Of a DNA stretch of 64,000 nucleotides, positions 1 through 9,482 are shown piece by piece. Origin of the DNA: Candidatus Omnitrophota bacterium (GTDB lineage: Bacteria > Omnitrophota > Gorgyraeia > Gygaellales > JAMWDD01). The position numbers and the translations under genes are program-made. Every line of letters starts with the position of its first letter. The stretch's first letter is position 1. The notes below the pieces were generated by a model. It was not told the DNA's origin. It was given only the letters and a program-made list of their open reading frames with translations, and did not search any database. The stretch is taken from assembly GCA_028717645.1 (NCBI GenBank), contig JAQUNK010000001.1, forward strand, positions 4,184-68,183, read 5' to 3'.

Positions 1-1
1 T

Positions 2-139
2 TCTGACGTAAGAAGATTCAGGGATATCTTTTCCTTTAAGGTAATTCTTGCTACTATCATAGTCGTTTTGATCATCTGCGGACCGCTTATCTATAAATTC
101 ATCAAGAAAATAGGAAAACAAATAAACGATAAAGACTAA
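2..139 (+). CDS. 3' end of an upstream gene truncated by the window edge. The last 45 codons encode a hydrophobic TM helix and a basic tail. It may be the first half of a split UPF0016/GDT1 pair.
   Basis: An open frame runs from the window edge to a TAA at 137-139. The TM-like segment FKVILATIIVVLIICGPLIYKFI is followed 2 nt later by a UPF0016 gene. Confidence 0.3.
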   Translation, partial: SDVRRFRDIFSFKVILATIIVVLIICGPLIYKFIKKIGKQINDKD

Positions 140-141
140 AG

Positions 142-426
142 ATGGAGGTCATCGTGGACTGGAAAGTATTTTTTATGACTTTTAGCGCTATTTTTGTTGC
201 GGAACTGGCGGATAAAACGCAGATTGTTGGGATAGGCCTTAGCGCAAAGTCAGGAAAGCCTTTTGGGGTATGGCTTGGTTCGGTATCCGCGTATATGGTA
301 GTGACCCTTATTTCCGTAATCATCGGAACGGTCCTGGGCAAATATATCAGCCCTGAATTGATCCGCTATCTGGGTGCTGCCATATTTATACTGATGGGTG
401 CTTTGATGCTATTTAAAATAATTTAA
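142..426 (+). CDS. Single-repeat UPF0016 (GDT1/TMEM165/MneA-type) membrane protein, putative cation (Mn2+/Ca2+)/H+ transporter half
   Basis: Carries the signature E-x-G-D-K-T motif (AELADKTQ) in the first TM helix. It has 3 predicted TM helices and is 94 aa, consistent with a half-size UPF0016 unit. Confidence 0.7.
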   Translation: MEVIVDWKVFFMTFSAIFVAELADKTQIVGIGLSAKSGKPFGVWLGSVSAYMVVTLISVIIGTVLGKYISPELIRYLGAAIFILMGALMLFKII

Positions 427-435
427 GGAGAAAAA

Positions 436-1383
436 ATGCGGAAGATTACTATTTACTCGGTATTCGTTTTGATCATCTGCGGTTTGTTTTGTAATCCTGT
501 TTTTGCCGCAGGCGAAGATTTAAGCGGTACAATCACAATATCGGGCGCATGGGCGATATACCCTACGGTTGTGGCCTGGGCGGATAGTTTTAAAAAGATG
601 CATACTAAAGTAAAAATCGATGTGTCCGCAGGCGGCGCCGGCAAGGGCGCAGCCGATGCCATTGCCGGGTTAGTGGATATCGGTATGGTTTCCCGCGAGC
701 CGGACCCCGCAGAAATGGCCAAGGGCGTGACCGCTGTCTATATTCTACACGATGCTGTTTATCCGATTATCAGTGAAAATAATTTCGTAAAGGATGCTAT
801 TCTTAAGCAGGGTTTGAAGAAAGATGTCTTAATCGGTATTTACATCAAAGAGACAATAAAATTATGGGACGATGCTGTTATCGGCAAATCGGGAAGATCT
901 TTGCACGTCTATACGCGTTCTGATTCTTGCGGAGCAGCTGCGGCCTGGGCAGGTTATTTGGGCAAAAAGCAGGAAGACTTAAAAGGGATAGGTATATACG
1001 CAGACCCGGGCATAATCGAGACGGTAAAAAAAGACCCGCTGGGAATAGGTTATTCTAATTTTAGTTATGTGTTTACCCGTGAAGGAAAAGTATTGGACGG
1101 TATAAAATTAGTTCCCATAGACGCCAATGAAAACGGCGTTGCCGACCGCGAAGAAATATATAACGATAGGCAATCGGCGATCAAGGCCATAGAAGCGGGT
1201 AAATACCCGGTGACCAGAAAAAATTATTTATTTGTTAAAGGCAAACCTCAAGGGTTAGTTTTAGAATTCATAAAGTTTGTACTCTCTGATGAAGGTACAA
1301 AGGTCGTGGAGGAGGTGGGGACGAGCCTTGCTCTTCCTAAGCAAGAGAGGGAGAAGGTGCTAAGCCAGTTTTCAGCTAGATGA
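436..1383 (+). CDS. pstS: Phosphate ABC transporter substrate-binding protein PstS
   Basis: N-terminal signal peptide and a type-2 periplasmic binding protein fold, with a gly-rich SAGGAGKG segment. It is followed directly by pstC, pstA and pstB. Confidence 0.85.
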   Translation: MRKITIYSVFVLIICGLFCNPVFAAGEDLSGTITISGAWAIYPTVVAWADSFKKMHTKVKIDVSAGGAGKGAADAIAGLVDIGMVSREPDPAEMAKGVTAVYILHDAVYPIISENNFVKDAILKQGLKKDVLIGIYIKETIKLWDDAVIGKSGRSLHVYTRSDSCGAAAAWAGYLGKKQEDLKGIGIYADPGIIETVKKDPLGIGYSNFSYVFTREGKVLDGIKLVPIDANENGVADREEIYNDRQSAIKAIEAGKYPVTRKNYLFVKGKPQGLVLEFIKFVLSDEGTKVVEEVGTSLALPKQEREKVLSQFSAR

Positions 1384-2318
1384 ATTATAGTAAGTTAGAC
1401 TCAAGAAAGATAAAAGATATTTTCGCCAAGCGGGCAATGTTTTTTTTGTGTTTGTGTATCTTGAGCCTTACTCTATTCATAGCAGTCGGGCTGTGGCATA
1501 AATCCGCTGCGATATTTTCTCTGGTAAGTCTAAAAAGTGTAATATTCTCTACGGCCTGGCGTCCTTTTAGCGGCCAATTTGGTTTGGGTGGATTTATCAT
1601 CGGAACTTTTTGGGTTACGGCTATCGCAATGCTCATTTCTATCCCCTTAAGTGTCCTGACGGCGATCTATCTTTCCGAATACGCCGGACGCAGGTTGCGG
1701 AATATCTCTGAACCGATAATAGACCTCTTAGCCGGGATTTCTCCGGTAGTTTACGGAGTTTGGGGCGTAATCGCCATTGTTCCTTTAGTACGTAACTGGC
1801 TGATGCCTTTTTTTAGCAGGAGATTGCCGTTTTTCCCTTTCGCCTCGGATAACTTCACGGGCTTTAGCGTTTTGTCCGCCGGTATCGTCCTGGCCGTAAT
1901 GACTTTTCCGATCATCATTTCTATCTCAAAAGAGGCGTTAAAGACCGTTCCTTTGGAAATAAGGGAAGCTTCGCTTGCCTTGGGAGCGACAAAATGGCAG
2001 ACCATAAAATATGCGGTCCTGAAAAAAGCCTGGCCGGGGATCATCGCTGCAGTGATCCTGGGCCTTTCGCGCGCTTTTGGCGAAACTATGGCCGTATTGA
2101 TGGTGGCAGGTTGCGCCATCGGTGTCATCCCGAAATCTATATTTGACGCGGGCTATCCTTTGCCTGCCCTGATCGCCAATACTTACGGAGAAATGATGTC
2201 CGTGCCTCTGTATGACGCAGCCATCCTTTTGGCGGCATTTATGCTTTTGACGGTGACGACTTTATTCAATGTGATCGGCTGGGGTGTGCTTCTACACATC
2301 CACGCAAAAGAATCCTGA
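1380..2318 (+). CDS. pstC: Phosphate ABC transporter permease PstC
   Basis: Polytopic permease with an EAA-like loop (EASLALGATKWQT). Its ATGA start overlaps the pstS stop. Confidence 0.85.
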   Translation: MNYSKLDSRKIKDIFAKRAMFFLCLCILSLTLFIAVGLWHKSAAIFSLVSLKSVIFSTAWRPFSGQFGLGGFIIGTFWVTAIAMLISIPLSVLTAIYLSEYAGRRLRNISEPIIDLLAGISPVVYGVWGVIAIVPLVRNWLMPFFSRRLPFFPFASDNFTGFSVLSAGIVLAVMTFPIIISISKEALKTVPLEIREASLALGATKWQTIKYAVLKKAWPGIIAAVILGLSRAFGETMAVLMVAGCAIGVIPKSIFDAGYPLPALIANTYGEMMSVPLYDAAILLAAFMLLTVTTLFNVIGWGVLLHIHAKES

Positions 2319-2319
2319 T

Positions 2320-3186
2320 ATGGCGAAAAAGTATTTTGACAAGAGAAATACGGAAGAGGCAGTGTTCAAGTGCCTGATGGTTCTTTCTATTTTTATCGTA
2401 GCGGTAAGCCTGATTTCCATACTTGCTACCGTGCTCGTAAAGGGTATTGGCGCGTTAAACATTGCCATGCTTACGAAGACGCCTGAGGGCGGTTATTATT
2501 TGGGTAAGACCGGAGGCATCCTGAACGCTATTTTAGGCTCGGTTATCTTAGGGGTAGGAGCGACATTGATGTCCCTGGTCATAAGTTTACCGGTAGTCTG
2601 TTATCTTAACTTATACCTGAAAAAGAATTCCCGCTTTGCACTTTTAGTACGTTTTTCACTCGATGTCTTATGGGGCGTACCGTCGATAGTGTATGGAGCG
2701 TTCGGTTTCGCGGCTATGTTATTTCTGGGCCTAAAGGCATCGCTATTGTCCGGAACGGTCACCGTAGCGTTATTAATTACTCCGATCATGGCCAGAAGCA
2801 TGGATGAGATCATCCGCATCATCCCTTTTGAATTAAAGGAAGCGGCCTATGCCCTTGGTTCGACAAGGCTGGAAACCGCATTTAAGATAATCTTTAAACA
2901 AGCCCAGCCGGCGATATTAGCCGCGACTTTAGTCGCTTTTGGCAGGGGCATAGGCGATGCAGCCTGCGTCCTTTTTACTGCTGGTTTTACCGATTCATTG
3001 CCTTATTCGTTATTTAAACCCGTCGCTACGCTTCCGCTGGCGATATTCTTTCAGCTTGGTACGCCTTTTCCCGAAGTGCAGAAACGCGGCTATGCCGCAG
3101 CCCTTATACTGACGTTGCTGATCTTAACAGTGAGCCTCTCGGCCAGGTTTTTATCAAAAAGATTCACAGAACATCTCTTAAAATGA
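2320..3186 (+). CDS. pstA: Phosphate ABC transporter permease PstA
   Basis: EAA-loop sequence EAAYALGSTRLETAFKIIF. An ATG lies 2 nt after the pstC stop. The ORF-track GTG at 2284 would overlap pstC by 35 nt. Confidence 0.8.
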   Translation: MAKKYFDKRNTEEAVFKCLMVLSIFIVAVSLISILATVLVKGIGALNIAMLTKTPEGGYYLGKTGGILNAILGSVILGVGATLMSLVISLPVVCYLNLYLKKNSRFALLVRFSLDVLWGVPSIVYGAFGFAAMLFLGLKASLLSGTVTVALLITPIMARSMDEIIRIIPFELKEAAYALGSTRLETAFKIIFKQAQPAILAATLVAFGRGIGDAACVLFTAGFTDSLPYSLFKPVATLPLAIFFQLGTPFPEVQKRGYAAALILTLLILTVSLSARFLSKRFTEHLLK

Positions 3187-3953
3187 AACCGCATATAAGC
3201 ACGAAGAACTTAAGCGTCTGGTACGGCGAGCACCACGTTCTAAACAATATCAGTATAGATATCCCAGATAAGAAAATTACCGTGATTATCGGCCCATCGG
3301 GATGCGGTAAAACTACGCTGCTTAAATCTTTCAACCGCTTAATAGAGCTTCAAGACGGCGTAAAGATCTCCGGCAAGGTGCTCTTGGATGGGGAGGATAT
3401 TTATGATCCTTCTTGCGATATCACTCACTTAAGAAAAAAAATGGGTTTGCTTTTCCAGAAACCGCAGGTCCTGCCCATGTCTATTTATGAGAATGTGGCT
3501 TATGGCCTGCGTATCCATGGCACAAAGGATAAAGAAGAGTTAGATTATAGCGTCGAGCATTATCTGAAGGAGGCCAGCCTTTGGAATGAAGTAAAGGATA
3601 GGCTCAATACTTCGGCGTGGAAGCTTTCTATCGGCCAGCAACAAAGGCTTTGCCTGGCCAGGGGTATGGCCATCGAGCCGGAAGTTATACTGGGAGATGA
3701 GCCTACGGCCGCCTTAGACCCGATCTCGGCCGAACGCATTGAGCAGCGCTTCCTGGGGCTAAAAAACAAATATTCCATAGTCTTGGTAACACATATTCTA
3801 AGGCAGGCCAGGAGGCTGGCGGATTATGTTATCTTTTTATATTTCGGGAACTTAATTGAACACGGCCCGGCCGAAGCAGTCTTTAACCATCCCAAAGACC
3901 CCAGGACGCAGGCCTATATCGACGGACGCTTTTTCGAAGAACACACCTCTTAA
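3183..3953 (+). CDS. pstB: Phosphate import ATP-binding protein PstB
   Basis: Walker A GPSGCGKTT, ABC signature LSIGQQQRL and Walker B ILGDEPTAALD. ATGA overlap with pstA. Confidence 0.9.
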   Translation: MKPHISTKNLSVWYGEHHVLNNISIDIPDKKITVIIGPSGCGKTTLLKSFNRLIELQDGVKISGKVLLDGEDIYDPSCDITHLRKKMGLLFQKPQVLPMSIYENVAYGLRIHGTKDKEELDYSVEHYLKEASLWNEVKDRLNTSAWKLSIGQQQRLCLARGMAIEPEVILGDEPTAALDPISAERIEQRFLGLKNKYSIVLVTHILRQARRLADYVIFLYFGNLIEHGPAEAVFNHPKDPRTQAYIDGRFFEEHTS

Positions 3954-3970
3954 AAGAACCAATTGTCTGT

Positions 3971-5125
3971 ATGCGAAAAATAAATCTTCTCTATGTGATC
4001 ACTAAGCTTGAATTGGGCGGGGCGCAGAAGCAACTGTTGAGCCTGATAAAGAGCCTGGATAGAGAACGGTTCAATATATTTTTATTTACCTGCCGGCAAG
4101 GCTTATTGTTAAGGGAGTTTTCTTCGGTTAACGGCCTTTTGATAAAGAGATCGGGGTTTCTCGATCGGCCGGTAAACCCGTTTAAAGACTCGCTTGCCTT
4201 ATGGGAAATAAGTTCTTTTATCAAAAACAATAAAATAGATATCGTCCATACCCATAGTTCCAAGGCGGGTATCTTGGGCAGGTTGGCTGCAAGGATATCC
4301 GGCGTAAAGATCATCTTGCATACGGTACACGGTTGGTCCTTTCACAGCTATCAGAATAAACTGGTGCGCGGTTTATTTATCCGCCTGGAGAGATTTTGCG
4401 CAAAATTTAGCGATAGATTAATTGTGGTTTCTTTCTTTGATAAGCAAAGAGGCCTTGAGAATAGGATCGGCAATGAAGCCAAATACCAGGTTATCAAATA
4501 TGGTATAAATTGCGGGGTTACTCCGAATAAGGAGGGCGCCATAAGGAGAGAATTAGGTATTGCTGGCGATAAGTTCCTCGTCGGAACGATCTCGTGTTTC
4601 AAGCCGCAGAAAGCGGTGGATGATTTTATCAAGGCTGCGGCTCTGGTAAAAGAATCTTTACCGCAGGTAAAGTTCATTGTGGCCGGTGATGGGGCCTTAC
4701 GCGCAAAGTTTGAAAAACTGATAAAAAAGTTGGGCCTGGAGAAGGAAATAGTATTGTTAGGATGGCGCAGGGATATCCCCCAGCTGCTTAGCGCCTTGGA
4801 TATCTTTACCCTCACTTCTCTATGGGAGGGTATGCCCATAGCGGCCCTAGAAGCGCTGGCTTGCGGCTCTGTAGTGGTGGCTACGGATACAGGCGGCATT
4901 TCTGAAGTTATCAGGGAAGGCGAAAATGGATTTCTGGTCCCCGCGCGTGATGTCAAAGGGCTTTCTGAAAAAATAACATTTCTGTTAAAAGATGATAAGT
5001 TAAGAAAGGCGATTCGCGAAAAAACGAAGAACTCCCTAGGCAATAATTTTACCGTAGAGCGCATGGCGAAAGAAACAGGGGATCTTTATGAAAGATTATT
5101 TAAAGAGGCATCCCAGGCATGCTGA
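3971..5125 (+). CDS. Glycosyltransferase family 4 (GT-B fold, retaining)
   Basis: C-terminal GT4 motif EGMPIAALEALACGSVVVATDTGGISEVI plus KFIVAGDG. Confidence 0.8.
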   Translation: MRKINLLYVITKLELGGAQKQLLSLIKSLDRERFNIFLFTCRQGLLLREFSSVNGLLIKRSGFLDRPVNPFKDSLALWEISSFIKNNKIDIVHTHSSKAGILGRLAARISGVKIILHTVHGWSFHSYQNKLVRGLFIRLERFCAKFSDRLIVVSFFDKQRGLENRIGNEAKYQVIKYGINCGVTPNKEGAIRRELGIAGDKFLVGTISCFKPQKAVDDFIKAAALVKESLPQVKFIVAGDGALRAKFEKLIKKLGLEKEIVLLGWRRDIPQLLSALDIFTLTSLWEGMPIAALEALACGSVVVATDTGGISEVIREGENGFLVPARDVKGLSEKITFLLKDDKLRKAIREKTKNSLGNNFTVERMAKETGDLYERLFKEASQAC

Positions 5126-6102
5126 TTAATTATTTATCTATTTTAGGCATAGGTTTTTTAGCAGCAGTTTTCTTGGTTAAGGCGGTAATGGTATATTCCT
5201 TGAGAAAAGGGCTGCTGCTCAGGCATGGTATCCCTTCAACCGCAGGGTTGGGCATAGCTTTAGCATTCGTTTTTTCCTGCTTAGCCGGTTCTTTTCTTTT
5301 CCGGGGCTTAACGCAAAAAGCATCGGGCATCATTTTATCTTCGCTGATAATGTTTATTTTCGGCCTGGTAGACGATCTTAAAGAGCTGCCCGTCCACAAA
5401 AAATTTTTGGTCGAAATTATCGCTACTTCTTGTCTGGTCTTATTTGGCGTAAGGACCAATATCGTCTATTTAGGTAACGCGCTAAATATAATCATAACTT
5501 TTATTTGGGTAATAGGGATTACCAATGCCATCAATCATTTGGATGTAATGGATGGCTTAGCCGGCGGCATAACCTGGATTGCTGCAGCTTCTTTTTTTCT
5601 CATAGCTTCATTCACCTCGGATCTGCAGTCCCAGATCATTTCCCTCTCATTGGTCGGCACGGTATCGGGTTTTTTGCTGTATAATTTTCCCGCAGCCAGG
5701 GTCTATATGGGTAATGCTGGCAGCCACTTCTTGGGTTTTGTTTTGGCCGGCCTTTCTTTAAATATAAGCTATGCGAATTTAGGTAAGGTCACCGCACTTT
5801 TAAGCCCTTTACTGATCTTAGGTTTTCCTATTTTTGATACGGCATTTCTTATTATCGTGCGTACGGCGCAGGGAAAGTCGGCACTTTTAAAAAGTGACGA
5901 CCATTTGGCATTAAGGTTCCTCAAGTTAGGCTATTCTAAGAAGAAGACCTTAGCCCTGATGTTGATTTTAGCCCTATTCTTTTCTTCTGCCGGAATATTG
6001 CTCAGCGGGGTCCCCAATGCTCTTGGGATATTTATCATCGTATTTATGGCGGTTGTGAGTATAGCATTGGTGAAAAAAATGGGGTTTTCTCAAAATGCCT
6101 AA
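5119..6102 (+). CDS. Polyprenol-phosphate:HexNAc-1-phosphate transferase (WecA/MraY family), initiating glycosyltransferase
   Basis: About 10 TM helices with VDDLKEL and NAINHLDVMDGLAGG motifs characteristic of MraY/WecA. Confidence 0.75.
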   Translation: MLINYLSILGIGFLAAVFLVKAVMVYSLRKGLLLRHGIPSTAGLGIALAFVFSCLAGSFLFRGLTQKASGIILSSLIMFIFGLVDDLKELPVHKKFLVEIIATSCLVLFGVRTNIVYLGNALNIIITFIWVIGITNAINHLDVMDGLAGGITWIAAASFFLIASFTSDLQSQIISLSLVGTVSGFLLYNFPAARVYMGNAGSHFLGFVLAGLSLNISYANLGKVTALLSPLLILGFPIFDTAFLIIVRTAQGKSALLKSDDHLALRFLKLGYSKKKTLALMLILALFFSSAGILLSGVPNALGIFIIVFMAVVSIALVKKMGFSQNA

Positions 6103-7387
6103 AAAGAGAATCGTTATTTTGGGGGCGGGGTTGGCGGGTTTAAGTGCTGCTTGGCACCTGGAAAAAAAAGGCCTGGATTATAAAGTATTTGAAAAAGAAG
6201 ATGAGGTCGGGGGCCTGTGCCGTAGCAGTAGAATAAAAGGGTTTACTTTTGACCGTTCGGGGCACCTGCTGCATTTTAAGCATGCCTATACGTTCAATTT
6301 GATCCGTAGCCTCTTGGGTGATAATTTATCTGATCATCAGAGGAGTGCCTGGATTTATTATTCGGGCACATTCAACCGTTATCCGTTTCAGGCCAATCTG
6401 CATAGCCTTGCTCCGGAAGTGGCCAAAGAGTGCCTTATGGGTTTTATCGAGGCAGCTAAGAACGGCCACCCTAAGAAAAAAGAAGACTTGGATTTCTTAA
6501 GTTGGATAGACCGGACCTTTGGCAAAGGCATAGCCAAGCATTTCATGGTCCCTTACAACACCAAGTTCTGGAATATGCCGCCGCAGAAACTAACCTGTGA
6601 TTGGTTCGGTGATTTTATCCCTGTTCCGTCGTTGCCTCAAGTGATCGAGGGCACGGTAGAAGAGAGCCATCGCCAATACGGCTATAATGCCAGATTTTGG
6701 TACCCTCGCCATATGGGCATAGGATGCTTACCCCTGGCATTTAAAAAACACCTTAAAAATGTACATACGGGTTCTAGGGTAGTGGAAATAGACCTCGACC
6801 GGAAAGAATTAAAATTGGCTTCGGGAGAAAAAGAGAAATTTGATTATATAATTTATACGATCCCCCTGCCGGAAATCCCGAATTTGATTAAGAAGATACC
6901 CCAAAATACGCTTTCCTTGTTCAAGAAGCTGAAATGGAACTCTATTTTTAATCTGAATTTGGGCCTGGATGCGCATGACGATAGCGGCAGGCACTGGATA
7001 TATTTCCCGCAGAAGGAACCCTGCTTTTTCAGGCTCGGTTCTTTCCATAATTTTTATGAACCGTGCCAAAAAAGGAGTTCTTTTTACGTCGAAGTTTCGT
7101 ATTCCAGGGATAAGCCATTAGATAAAAATAAGGTCATTGGGCAGATCAAGGCGGATTTAAAAAAGATAAAACTGATATCTTCGCCAGATAAGATCCTGGC
7201 TGAAGAAATAAATGATATAGAATACGGCTATCCTATTTATGATGAGAATTATAAAGAGGCCAGAGAAATTATCGTAAAGTACCTTACGATGAATAATGTC
7301 ATACCCTGCGGCCGTTATGGCGCCTGGCGCTATTTTTCCATGGAAGACGCGATATTGGACGGAAAACAAGTAGCGGATATCCTATAA
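6095..7387 (+). CDS. FAD/NAD(P)-binding flavoenzyme, UDP-galactopyranose mutase (Glf)-like. First of 3 paralogs in the window.
   Basis: N-terminal GxGxxG Rossmann motif (VILGAGLAGLSAAWHL ... EKEDEVGG). Internal YPFQANLHSL and C-terminal CGRYGAWRYFSMEDAILDG resemble the Glf C-terminus. Confidence 0.55.
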   Translation: MPKKRIVILGAGLAGLSAAWHLEKKGLDYKVFEKEDEVGGLCRSSRIKGFTFDRSGHLLHFKHAYTFNLIRSLLGDNLSDHQRSAWIYYSGTFNRYPFQANLHSLAPEVAKECLMGFIEAAKNGHPKKKEDLDFLSWIDRTFGKGIAKHFMVPYNTKFWNMPPQKLTCDWFGDFIPVPSLPQVIEGTVEESHRQYGYNARFWYPRHMGIGCLPLAFKKHLKNVHTGSRVVEIDLDRKELKLASGEKEKFDYIIYTIPLPEIPNLIKKIPQNTLSLFKKLKWNSIFNLNLGLDAHDDSGRHWIYFPQKEPCFFRLGSFHNFYEPCQKRSSFYVEVSYSRDKPLDKNKVIGQIKADLKKIKLISSPDKILAEEINDIEYGYPIYDENYKEAREIIVKYLTMNNVIPCGRYGAWRYFSMEDAILDGKQVADIL

Positions 7388-8476
7388 CAATAACCCCAGG
7401 ATCGCCCACCAGACCAGGCTTACCTCCGGAAGGAAAAAACTGAAATCAAAAAAGTTGTGGATCAGGAATATGGCTACAGCTGTGATGAGTACATTCCTGT
7501 AAAGCGTATTGCCCTTCTTAAGGCCGGTTCTTAAAATCGCAATAATGAGCCAGGCGAAAGACGCGAATCCGAAAATTCCTATTTCTGCGCAGAGCTGAAG
7601 AAAGGAATTGTGCGCGTAACGCGATTGCATAAGATTAAAATTCCCTAAGCCTACCCCGGTTAACGGATGCTCAAGGATCATTTTAAAAGTATCTTTCCAA
7701 TAGCCCCAGCGCATATTTAGAGAAAACAACGGCTGCAGGTGTTGTTGGGGGCCTGCTGAACGCAAGAAAAAGACAATTAGTATTGCGATCAGGAAGGCGA
7801 ATAAAAAATACATTTTTTTTCTATCTAATTTAGCCTCCAGGTATAAATAAACAACGCCGCCTAAGAAAACACTTAGCAAGGCACCGACGGATTTCGCCAG
7901 TAAAATAGCTGCTACGATCGGGATAATGAACCAGAGCCGGTCTTTATAGAGTAAGGCAAGCGGCAGGATCATGCCCAGATATCCGGCCAATATATTCGGA
8001 GTGATAAAAGGGAAAAATATTCTTTTGCTTTCTAAGGTCGCCAGTATGAAAGTGTCGGTGATCTTATATTTATTTATATATTCTAACGTATGCCTTACGC
8101 CAAAAAAATACTGGTATAGGGCCAAGACACTGATGATCAACCCCGCCAGGAGGATAGCGCGGGTTAGCCGGCTCTTATCTTTATCCGGTAAGGAACGGGC
8201 GATGAAAAACAAGATGATACCTCCGGCATACTTATAGATCTCCTCCAGGCTGTTTAATCTATCAGTGGAAAAAACCAGGGAGGCCAATAAAAAGGCAATG
8301 AATAAGATGGCGGGCTGTTTTAACGATCCCAGGTCCTTTAGGCCGAGTCCTTTGCGGATGATCCAGAGCGTGAAGAACAAAAAGAGGAAAAAGACATATA
8401 TGGAATTAAGATAGGGGAAGGCTGGGGAAGCAATAAAGGGTCGCGCAAATACTAAGATTAGCATTATGTTCAGCAT
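7382..8476 (-). CDS. O-antigen ligase / Wzy_C-family polytopic membrane protein (WaaL/PglL-like)
   Basis: About 10 TM helices and the Wzy_C hallmark RYAHNSFLQLCAEIGIFG in a periplasmic loop. Confidence 0.65.
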   Translation of the reverse strand: MLNIMLILVFARPFIASPAFPYLNSIYVFFLFLFFTLWIIRKGLGLKDLGSLKQPAILFIAFLLASLVFSTDRLNSLEEIYKYAGGIILFFIARSLPDKDKSRLTRAILLAGLIISVLALYQYFFGVRHTLEYINKYKITDTFILATLESKRIFFPFITPNILAGYLGMILPLALLYKDRLWFIIPIVAAILLAKSVGALLSVFLGGVVYLYLEAKLDRKKMYFLFAFLIAILIVFFLRSAGPQQHLQPLFSLNMRWGYWKDTFKMILEHPLTGVGLGNFNLMQSRYAHNSFLQLCAEIGIFGFASFAWLIIAILRTGLKKGNTLYRNVLITAVAIFLIHNFFDFSFFLPEVSLVWWAILGLLL

Positions 8477-8498
8477 TATGATATAATTTTATGCGAAA

Positions 8499-9482
8499 AT
8501 GAATGTGCCGTCAACAAATAGAATTATCAGTGTTGTTGTGGTAACTTCCGGGGCGCTTGATCATTTATGGCGCTGCCTGAGTTCCTTAAGGGAACAAAGT
8601 TATCGTAACCTGGAAATAATCCTTATCGATAATTCAGCGGATGAAAATTTAAGCAAAGAAGTAAATAGGCTGTACCCTGAAGTAAAAGTATCAAGAAGCG
8701 GAAAAAATTTATTTTACGGCAGGGCTTTGAATAAGGGCATAGAAATAAGCAGCGCGGATCTTATACTTTGTTTAAACGACGATGTTATTTTAGATAAAGA
8801 TTTCGTCGCGCTTGCTTCCCGGGGTTTTGAAAAGGATGCCAGGATCGGTATGGTCAGCGGGAAGATCCTGCGCCTGGATAAAAAAACCATTGATAGCACC
8901 GGATTGTTTTTAACTATCTGGCGTACGGCCAGAGAGCGAGGACATGGTAAGCCGGATACCGGACAATACGGCAAGGAAGGTTATATTTTTGGCGCACCTC
9001 TTGCTGCGGGTTTTTTCCGAAGAGCTATGTTGGAACAAATAAAGGTAGAGGGTTATTTCGACGATGATTTCGATATGTTCTATGAAGACCTGGATATCGC
9101 CTGGCGTTCGCATAGATTTTCCTGGAAAGCCTATTATCTACCGGATGCAGTGGCGTATCACGCCAGGGGCGCATCGGCTAGATGTCCCAACGCGATAGGA
9201 AAAAAATTCGCGCGTACCCAACTTAGCGAAGCGCTGCTTTTTGAATTAATGAAGAATAGGTATCTTACTATTATTAAGAACGAGACGTTGCTTGGCTTGG
9301 CATTACATTTACCGTTTATCCTAATTTATGACATCTTGGCCTGGGGCTATGTTTTTTTCTTCCGGCCCCTTTATTTAAAAAGGTTATTATTTACGCCTCT
9401 TCCCGTAGGGCCTGCTTTCCGTAAAAGAAAGGCGATCATGGCGAAAAGAGCTTCCCTAAAAAACGATACGAGTTTATTATGA
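8499..9482 (+). CDS. Glycosyltransferase family 2
   Basis: N-terminal GT-A fold with ISVVVVT ... LEIILIDNSAD and the DxD region CLNDDVIL. Confidence 0.8.
   Translation: MNVPSTNRIISVVVVTSGALDHLWRCLSSLREQSYRNLEIILIDNSADENLSKEVNRLYPEVKVSRSGKNLFYGRALNKGIEISSADLILCLNDDVILDKDFVALASRGFEKDARIGMVSGKILRLDKKTIDSTGLFLTIWRTARERGHGKPDTGQYGKEGYIFGAPLAAGFFRRAMLEQIKVEGYFDDDFDMFYEDLDIAWRSHRFSWKAYYLPDAVAYHARGASARCPNAIGKKFARTQLSEALLFELMKNRYLTIIKNETLLGLALHLPFILIYDILAWGYVFFFRPLYLKRLLFTPLPVGPAFRKRKAIMAKRASLKNDTSLL

Noticed and set aside
102-341. 79-aa minus-strand ORF overlapping the UPF0016 gene
   Set aside because: It is antisense to a gene with a clear family motif, and no RBS or domain is evident.
453-722. 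89-aa minus-strand ORF inside pstS
   Set aside because: It is antisense to a confidently called pstS. The GC-rich region simply lacks stops on the opposite strand.
2284-2319. GTG start at 2284 for pstA from the ORF track
   Set aside because: It would overlap pstC by 35 nt. An ATG at 2320, 2 nt after the pstC stop, gives the standard compact pst arrangement.
4351-5064. 237-aa ORF on the minus strand antisense to the GT4 gene
   Set aside because: It lies entirely inside a plus-strand gene with strong GT4 motifs. Its translation is Ser/Arg/Pro-rich with no domain signature, which is typical of an antisense artefact of an AT/GC-skewed coding frame.
6318-6500. 60-aa plus-strand ORF in an alternate frame inside the Glf-like gene
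   Set aside because: It is a nested out-of-frame ORF within a gene whose own frame carries the Rossmann motif.
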